The notes under the pieces: generated by a model
Seen by the model: only the letters and a program-made list of their open reading frames with translations
Told to the model about the DNA's origin: nothing
Databases searched by the model: none
Shown here: piece after piece, positions 25,818 to 31,564 of the stretch
Position numbering within the stretch: the first letter of the stretch is position 1
Layout: the number at the start of each line of letters is the position of its first letter
Assembly: GCA_049423385.1 (NCBI GenBank)
Contig: JBMSQQ010000036.1
Span: forward strand, 1-31,564
Direction of reading: 5' to 3'
DNA from: Silvanigrellaceae bacterium
GTDB lineage: Bacteria; Bdellovibrionota_B; Oligoflexia; Silvanigrellales; Silvanigrellaceae
Length of the DNA stretch: 31,564 nucleotides
Translations under genes and position numbers: made by a program

Positions 25818-26567
25818 ATGGCAGCTGCCGAATCAATCACATCCAACGATGGAAAGGGGCAGGAGACTGCACCTGTATCGCTGCTCCTGATTGAAGATGT
25901 GAGCGTGACAGCCGAAATCGAGCGCAGCTACTTTGCCAGTGTGGGATTCAACGTCCTGGCAGGTGGCAACGTCTCCGAGGCAGAATCCGTCATCGCCTCC
26001 CAATGGGTCGATATTGTGATTATCGACGCGGCCTTTGCCCGTCGCAAGGGGATCGAACTCATACCAATCCTGAAAAAGGCAGCACGAAACAGAGACGTCA
26101 AGGTTATTGTCACCAGCGTTTCCGGTGACCCTGCGCTCAAGAGAGCGGCCACAACGGCTGGAGCCAGTGCGTTCATCGTAAAGCCGGCACCACGGCCCAG
26201 GTACCTGAAGGAAATAAAAAAGCTCTCAGCGCAGAAAGCGCGTGACACAGAAAGAATCCACAGGATTTTTGAGGTTGCCATTCGCTGGCGCAATTCGAAC
26301 GTCACCGCCGAGGCGCTGGATGTGAGCAGTGAGGGCATTCACCTTGCGATCACGTCTGAAAAGGATGTGATAGAACTTGGTGCCCGCATCGACATGACCT
26401 TTTCCATCGAGGGCAAGGACGTCAAGATGCAGGGCGAGATCGTTCGCCACACTCCGAAAGGAATCGGCGTTCGATTTGTTGGTGTAGGTGCACAAGCCCA
26501 ACGCGTGCTGGACAAATTTCTTCTGCGGCACAGCATAGAACACCAGGCCTCACAGTTTTACCTGTGA
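25818..26567 (+). CDS. Response regulator with receiver + PilZ (c-di-GMP binding) domain
   Basis: Receiver LLIED, IVIID, VTS, FIVKP; PilZ RxxxR (RDTER), DxSxxG (DVSSEG), GIGVRF. Confidence 0.88.
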   Translation: MAAAESITSNDGKGQETAPVSLLLIEDVSVTAEIERSYFASVGFNVLAGGNVSEAESVIASQWVDIVIIDAAFARRKGIELIPILKKAARNRDVKVIVTSVSGDPALKRAATTAGASAFIVKPAPRPRYLKEIKKLSAQKARDTERIHRIFEVAIRWRNSNVTAEALDVSSEGIHLAITSEKDVIELGARIDMTFSIEGKDVKMQGEIVRHTPKGIGVRFVGVGAQAQRVLDKFLLRHSIEHQASQFYL

Positions 26568-26607
26568 GGCCTGGGTCAATGATCGCATCTGATTTGGAAT
26601 GGTGTTC

Positions 26608-27321
26608 TCAGCCCTGGTTCGGCAACAGGATATGGTTGCAGCTGGGGCAGAATTCAATGTCCTTGCCGCGCGCCATGTTGTTGAGCAACTGTGGTGACAG
26701 ACTCAGATGGCAATTGCCGCAAGCACCACCGATAATACGCGTCACAGGGCCATTGGGATTTCGAGTGAGTTTTGCGATGCGCTGATAATGTTGACCAATG
26801 CGGTCATCCAGGCGCGAGAGGTACGTGGAGCGCACGCCACCGATTTCATTCAATCGGCCCGAAGATCGGGATTCAGCATCCTCGGCCTTTTGTCGTTCAT
26901 CCGCAGTCGCAGACAAGGATTCCTTGAGGTCGGATTCAGCCTTGATGAGAATTGCTTTGAGTTGTTCGATGCGGGCTTCAGTCTCTTCCGTGCGACGAGC
27001 AGAATCACGCAAGTCGCGATCGAGGTTGTCGACCTCGCGCTTCAATGCGCGGTGTTCATCGTCGTTGCGAGCACTGAACAGTTTTCCGGAACGCTCAGTT
27101 TTGCGCTCTTCGAGTTCGTCGACGCGTTTGTACTGCCGACGCAATTCGCCTTCCAGAAATGCCATGTCTGTTTTGGTTTTGTGGATGAGATCTTCGCTGG
27201 CTTTTGTGCGTTTTGCCAGTTCATTAAGTTCCTTTTGGGCGTTCCGGTAATCCATGGTGGCAGCGCCAGCATCGATGTCGAGACGATAAATCTGTTCAAG
27301 GATATCGTAATTTGGGTTCAA
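26608..27321 (-). CDS. Coiled-coil + C4 zinc-ribbon protein (DUF164, HP0958/CT398 family)
   Basis: IYRLD, long coiled coil, ACGNCHLSLSPQ...FCPSCNHIL; GGGAGAG RBS before TTG 27321 (track start 27351). Confidence 0.9.
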   Translation of the reverse strand: MNPNYDILEQIYRLDIDAGAATMDYRNAQKELNELAKRTKASEDLIHKTKTDMAFLEGELRRQYKRVDELEERKTERSGKLFSARNDDEHRALKREVDNLDRDLRDSARRTEETEARIEQLKAILIKAESDLKESLSATADERQKAEDAESRSSGRLNEIGGVRSTYLSRLDDRIGQHYQRIAKLTRNPNGPVTRIIGGACGNCHLSLSPQLLNNMARGKDIEFCPSCNHILLPNQG

Positions 27322-27351
27322 GATTTCTCTCCCGAATGCCGAGGTCAACAT

Positions 27352-27374
27352 GCGAATTTCTCGAGTAAATTCGC
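27352..27374 (-). repeat. 8-bp stem hairpin in the likely 5' leader of the zinc-ribbon gene
   Basis: GCGAATTT-N7-AAATTCGC. Confidence 0.5.
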
Positions 27375-27385
27375 GTAATCAGCGA

Positions 27386-27415
27386 ACACTAGCACATTCA
27401 AAGTAAAAATTTCAA
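27386..27415 (-). promoter_or_regulatory. Putative sigma70 promoter for the zinc-ribbon gene
   Basis: TTGAAA-N18-TAGTGT with extended -10 TGn. Confidence 0.4.
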
Positions 27416-27473
27416 GGGCGTCTGGCCTGCTTCGGATTCATCCCTTTTGACATTGGCGTGTGTGAACTTTTTT

Positions 27474-28688
27474 TCAGTTTGTTGAAGCACAAATCGAAAT
27501 CTGACCGAGCGCCTCAACTTGTGGAGTCTCTCCCTGAAAGCCCGTCACCAGACCCACGTCCAGAACGCACGGCCTGCCCAGAGCTTTCATTTGAAAGAGT
27601 TTGCTCTGTTGTCCTCCCGCTTCGATCAAGTCTCCATTGACACGTAAAAAATACGATCCCTGCATGGAAGCCTGTTCATTCCAGCCCAATTGGTCATTCA
27701 ATTCCAGAGTGCTTCCCAAGACAGTGAAATCCGTAAAAATAAACTCGCGGCTGTAGCCGAAACCATCCCATTGCGTTTGACTCGTGGGTCGCTGAAAGGC
27801 GGCGCTCAGTGTTGCTATACTTCCATTCAATCGAACCTGATTGGCTTGAGGGTTCCAGTCCACTTGCAGAGGCTGCCGCTCATCCAAGCCGACATAGAGC
27901 AATCCCCAGGACTTTTTGAGGATGGTTGGTGAACCGACTTTTTCAAGTGCGGTGCCTTGAACACTGCCCCTGACCATGTTGAATTTGAGGCTCTGGGTTT
28001 GAGATGCGTCCACCAGGTCAGCTGATTTGACGGATCTCAGCGGGACAACGTTGGACAACTCAAGTCCAGAACTCGCGTCCAGCAGGCCGTCCTTGCCTGA
28101 CTTCAAGGCAAGGTTGCCCTGGACACTGAACTGCAAGGCGGAATCAAGTTCTATCACCTTGATTTTGCCATCTTTGGCAGTGTTTCGACTGCTGTTGAGC
28201 CGCTCCTCGAGCTTCACGATGTCGACACACTTCCCGTAGTCTATTGAGCCGGCGTTGTTGCCGTCGGTCCGGGCAAAGGGAGCGGTGAAAATCTGTTTCA
28301 GGCAAGCGGCCTGACTGCTTTGACTGCCACTGTCGATCGTTCGCTTTGCCTCTGCAACGTCGTCGGAGACAGTTTTCATGGCATTGGCCACAAGTTTGAA
28401 CGGATTGCTGCGCAATATGGGGACAAGTTCGGTGTTGGGGTCGAGTTGCGACCTTGGAGTCGTTTGATTCCAATACGAGAGGTCAAAATTGAACGGTGTC
28501 GGCTTTGCGGAGGTTGAATTTTCGTCCTCGCAAAAGGCTTTGCAGCGTTTGTCGTGTTGTTTGTAAACGTCGAGAATTCCGCAACCAGAGCTCACGATGC
28601 TTGCAGAAACCAGCAGAAACGCCACTTCCAGGCCTGAAAACGCACAGGTCTGGAATTTTCGGATTTGTCGTTCTTTGAAAAATTGCAT
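27474..28688 (-). CDS. Hypothetical exported protein, probable lipoprotein
   Basis: 404-aa ORF with GGAGG RBS; hydrophobic stretch ending IVSSG-C; several Cys; C-terminal half looks beta-strand rich; no family recognised. Confidence 0.7.
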   Translation of the reverse strand: MQFFKERQIRKFQTCAFSGLEVAFLLVSASIVSSGCGILDVYKQHDKRCKAFCEDENSTSAKPTPFNFDLSYWNQTTPRSQLDPNTELVPILRSNPFKLVANAMKTVSDDVAEAKRTIDSGSQSSQAACLKQIFTAPFARTDGNNAGSIDYGKCVDIVKLEERLNSSRNTAKDGKIKVIELDSALQFSVQGNLALKSGKDGLLDASSGLELSNVVPLRSVKSADLVDASQTQSLKFNMVRGSVQGTALEKVGSPTILKKSWGLLYVGLDERQPLQVDWNPQANQVRLNGSIATLSAAFQRPTSQTQWDGFGYSREFIFTDFTVLGSTLELNDQLGWNEQASMQGSYFLRVNGDLIEAGGQQSKLFQMKALGRPCVLDVGLVTGFQGETPQVEALGQISICASTN

Positions 28689-28695
28689 GTCGAAG

Positions 28696-28746
28696 CCTCC
28701 GCCTCTGTCTGTGCTTAAACTTTAAGCCAAATCAGGGGAGCGGAGG
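28696..28746 (-). promoter_or_regulatory. Long hairpin that sequesters the RBS of the downstream lipoprotein gene
   Basis: mRNA strand CCTCCGC...CTG.TTTG.GCTTAAA-G-TTTAAGC.CAGA.CAG..GCGGAGG; the GGAGG SD lies in the 3' arm. Confidence 0.5.
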
Positions 28747-28763
28747 GCGGCAGTGATGTTCAC

Positions 28764-29726
28764 TCAGCGATAATGGCAGGCGACAAATCTGCCCGGTTTG
28801 GATTCTTTCAAAACTGGTGTTTCGGCTCGGCACTTGTCTGTTGCAATCGGACATCGATTGGCAAATCGACAGCCTGGCTTTGGATTGACGGGACTGGTGA
28901 TTTCCCCTCCGAGAAGCTTGTGCTCGCGCGTGCGCTCCTTGTGCGGATCCGGGAATGGATTGGCGGCAATCAAGGCTTCCGAATAGGGATGAAGCGGGGA
29001 GTTGTAGAGCTCTTCGCTGGGGCCAACTTCAACCAGTTTACCGAGGTACATGACCGCCATGCGGTTTGAAATGTATCGGACCATGCTCAGGCTGTGCGCG
29101 ATAAACAGGTATGTGAGTCCGAACTCGCGCTGCAAATCCTGCAGCAGCGTGACCACTTGTGCCTGAACAGAAACATCGAGTGCCGAGATTGGTTCATCAC
29201 AAACGACAAAGCGTGGATTGAGAGCCAGTGAACGGGCAATGCCGATGCGTTGTCTTTGTCCGCCGGAAAATTCATGAGGAAATCGCATCGCGTGTTCTGA
29301 AACGAGTCCAACCCGATTGAGCCAGCGAAGAATTTCGTTCTTGCGTTCTTCGCCTTTCCAAAGACCGTGGATGGCAGGCCCTTCGGATATGATGTCACCC
29401 ACCGTCATGCGCGGATTCAGGGATTGGTAAGGATCCTGGAAAATCATCTGCGCCTGGCGCGAAAAAGATTTGCGCTGCGGGGTGCTGAGGTGGGGAGGTA
29501 CCTTGTTTCCATCAAAAAGATACGAGCCCGATGTTTGGTCGTACATTCTGACAAGGACGCGACCCAAAGTTGACTTTCCGCAACCAGATTCGCCCACAAG
29601 TCCGAGCGTCTCGCCCTTGTAAATTGTCAGGCTCACATCGTCTACGGCGTGCAGTTTTGCACCGCGACCGAGGTCGAAATATTTGCAGAGGTTTTTGATC
29701 TCAATGATGGGTTGGTTCTGGTTCAT
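28764..29726 (-). CDS. oppF: Oligopeptide/dipeptide ABC transporter ATP-binding protein OppF
   Basis: GESGCGKST, FQDPYQSLNPR, FSGGQRQR, CDEPISALDVSVQ, GCRFANRC...VACH. Confidence 0.93.
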   Translation of the reverse strand: MNQNQPIIEIKNLCKYFDLGRGAKLHAVDDVSLTIYKGETLGLVGESGCGKSTLGRVLVRMYDQTSGSYLFDGNKVPPHLSTPQRKSFSRQAQMIFQDPYQSLNPRMTVGDIISEGPAIHGLWKGEERKNEILRWLNRVGLVSEHAMRFPHEFSGGQRQRIGIARSLALNPRFVVCDEPISALDVSVQAQVVTLLQDLQREFGLTYLFIAHSLSMVRYISNRMAVMYLGKLVEVGPSEELYNSPLHPYSEALIAANPFPDPHKERTREHKLLGGEITSPVNPKPGCRFANRCPIATDKCRAETPVLKESKPGRFVACHYR

Positions 29727-30826
29727 TGTTTCACCTCCTGGGATTGCTGAGAGGCAAAGCTGGAGACACCCGCAGCTGCCCTGTATTGTGCAGCATCACT
29801 GTGATGCAGCCAGCAGGAAGCTCTGTTGCCTGCGGAGGCCATTTCCGTGGGTTGCTTGCGATGGCAAATGGTCATGGCAGCTGAACAGCGCGCAGCAAAT
29901 GCGCAGCCAGGTGGCGGTGCAAAAAGGTCGGGTGGGGTGCCCGGAATGGGCTGAAGTGGCTCACTCACAGAGCCCGTGTCCTTGGGCATCGCACGCTTCA
30001 GACCCACGGTGTAGGGATGCTTGGATGAATAGAACACTTCATCGACAGAGCCTTCCTCAACAATTTTTCCGGCGTACATCACAGCAACCCTGTCTGCCAT
30101 TTGCGCGACGACACCAAGGTCGTGCGTAATTAGAATCGTGGCCATGTTGAACTTGCGCGCGAGTTCCTGAATGAGAGCAAGAATTTGTGCCTGGATCGTG
30201 ACGTCGAGTGCAGTTGTCGGTTCATCGGCAATCAAGACTTTTGGATTGCAGGAGAGTGCCATCGCAATCATGACGCGCTGCCGCATTCCACCTGAAAGCT
30301 CATGAGGGTATTGATCCATTCTCCGTCGTGGTTCTGGAATTCTGACCAGTTCCAGAAGTTCAATCACCCGCGCATTGCGCTGGGTGGCATTCATGTCGGT
30401 GTGGAGTTTGAGTGACTCCTCGATTTGATTTCCGATGGACATCGTGGGGTTCAAACTCGCCAGGGGATCCTGGAAGATCATGGCAATTTCTTTTCCAAGC
30501 ACTTTGCGACGTTCGTTCTGCTTCATGGGGATGAGGTCTTTGCCGTTCAGCAAGGCTTGCCCGGATGTGATTTGTCCGCTTGAGAGTCCCATCAGCGATT
30601 GAACAGTCACTGATTTTCCTGACCCTGACTCACCGACAATGCACAGGCATTCGCCGGCCCGGACGTAAAAAGAAACATCGCGAACGGCGTATACTTGCCC
30701 GCCATAGACCTTGAAGTTCACTGACAGGTTTTGAACTGCCAGCACTCGCTCTCCACTGACGGATTTTTTGGTCAGCATTGCCGAAGAAATTCCTGGGTCT
30801 GTTTTATCTGTTTGGTTCAGTTGCAT
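29723..30826 (-). CDS. oppD: Oligopeptide/dipeptide ABC transporter ATP-binding protein OppD
   Basis: [46 protein letters not shown]. Confidence 0.93.
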   Translation of the reverse strand: MQLNQTDKTDPGISSAMLTKKSVSGERVLAVQNLSVNFKVYGGQVYAVRDVSFYVRAGECLCIVGESGSGKSVTVQSLMGLSSGQITSGQALLNGKDLIPMKQNERRKVLGKEIAMIFQDPLASLNPTMSIGNQIEESLKLHTDMNATQRNARVIELLELVRIPEPRRRMDQYPHELSGGMRQRVMIAMALSCNPKVLIADEPTTALDVTIQAQILALIQELARKFNMATILITHDLGVVAQMADRVAVMYAGKIVEEGSVDEVFYSSKHPYTVGLKRAMPKDTGSVSEPLQPIPGTPPDLFAPPPGCAFAARCSAAMTICHRKQPTEMASAGNRASCWLHHSDAAQYRAAAGVSSFASQQSQEVKQ

Positions 30827-30879
30827 TGTTCATTCCTCGTTCTTCGAAAAAGTCGGTGCTGAATTCGTTGTGCGGCGAA

Positions 30880-31564
30880 TCAGTCACGGCCACGAAGTTT
30901 AGGGTCGAATGCATCACGCAGGGCATCGCCCAACGTGTAGAAAGCAAGAAGCGTCGCCGCCAGAACTGCCGAGGGCAAGAAGAATTGCGCCGGGTATTGC
31001 TGAAAATGGGCGGCTGCATCTTGAAGCACAGTACCCCACGTCGCCATTGGAGCCTCAACTCCCAATCCGAACAGAGACAGAAAGGCTTCGGAAGTGATGA
31101 TGCGGGGGATCTGCGCAGACCACATCACGATTATCACACCCAGAAGATTGGGAGCGACGTGGCGAAACACGATCGACATCAGCGGAGCACCCAACAAACG
31201 GCTCGCGTGAACGAATTCAATCTCACGCAGACGAAGAACTTCGCCGCGCAAAACCCTCGCGTAGCCTGTCCAGGAAAATGCGCACAGGGCAATCACCAGA
31301 CTCGAAACACCCTTCCCGAGTGCAACCTGAATGAGGATGAGCAGAAGCAGTTCGGGCAGGGTGTCGAGAATTTCGACGACACGCATCAGATACATGTCGA
31401 CCTTGCCGCCCATGAGGCCAGAAATTGCTCCATAGCAGAGGCCAATCAGCAGCGAGACCGTCGGCACAAGAAGCGCAAGGAAGAAGTCGATTCGGGTTCC
31501 GTATAGCATGCGCGCGAAAATATCGCGCCCGAGAGCATCGGTTCCAAAAAGATGTGTGTGACCG
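30880..31564 (-). CDS. oppC: Oligopeptide ABC transporter permease OppC (5' part beyond the window)
   Basis: Frame stays open to the window edge: HLFGTDALGRDIFARMLYGTR; EAA-like EFVHASRLLGA; EAFLSLFGLG; LGDALRDAFDPK. Confidence 0.93.
   Translation of the reverse strand, partial: GHTHLFGTDALGRDIFARMLYGTRIDFFLALLVPTVSLLIGLCYGAISGLMGGKVDMYLMRVVEILDTLPELLLLILIQVALGKGVSSLVIALCAFSWTGYARVLRGEVLRLREIEFVHASRLLGAPLMSIVFRHVAPNLLGVIIVMWSAQIPRIITSEAFLSLFGLGVEAPMATWGTVLQDAAAHFQQYPAQFFLPSAVLAATLLAFYTLGDALRDAFDPKLRGRD

Noticed and set aside
26707..27378. 223-aa plus-strand ORF (likewise 30778..31506 +)
   Set aside because: Antisense shadows of the zinc-ribbon gene and oppC.
28717..28724. Perfect sigma28 -35 (TAAAGTTT) on the minus strand
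   Set aside because: No -10 element at the right spacing; explained by the palindrome.
1..31564. CRISPR arrays, tRNA/rRNA, IS, prophage or integrase genes
   Set aside because: None seen; intergenic gaps are short and show no regularly spaced repeats or cloverleaf motifs on visual inspection.

Overview
Bacterial chromosomal region of about 51% GC (by eye). The gene types (short flagellin, CheV, PilGHI-like ABC system, REC-PilZ, TPR-peptidase) suggest a motile Bdellovibrionota/Oligoflexia-like or other former-deltaproteobacterial organism; this is inference. About 23 CDSs are supported. No rRNA, tRNA, CRISPR array or mobile element was seen. Housekeeping genes: rRNA m5U methyltransferase, murI, HAD hydrolase, PLP aminotransferase, yggT, zinc-ribbon DUF164 protein and oppCDF. 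Main points: (1) A large thermolysin/fungalysin-like lipoprotein peptidase at 1-2216 (-) is missing from the ORF track because it runs off the window. It has both an N-terminal lipobox and a C-terminal GC-transmembrane sorting-like tail. (2) Five sigma28(FliA)-like promoters lie in intergenic regions. Three of them drive cytoplasmic or membrane signalling proteins that end in -AA/-AS, a ClpXP-degron-like terminus. (3) Several signalling proteins keep their fold motifs but have lost catalytic or ligand residues: a kinase fused to a degenerate STAND ATPase and a PP2C-like domain, a membrane pseudo-cyclase, an HTH-ImmA/IrrE protein with HExxH replaced by RExxR, and a cNMP domain lacking the conserved Glu. 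All family calls come from reading motifs by eye; no database search was run.
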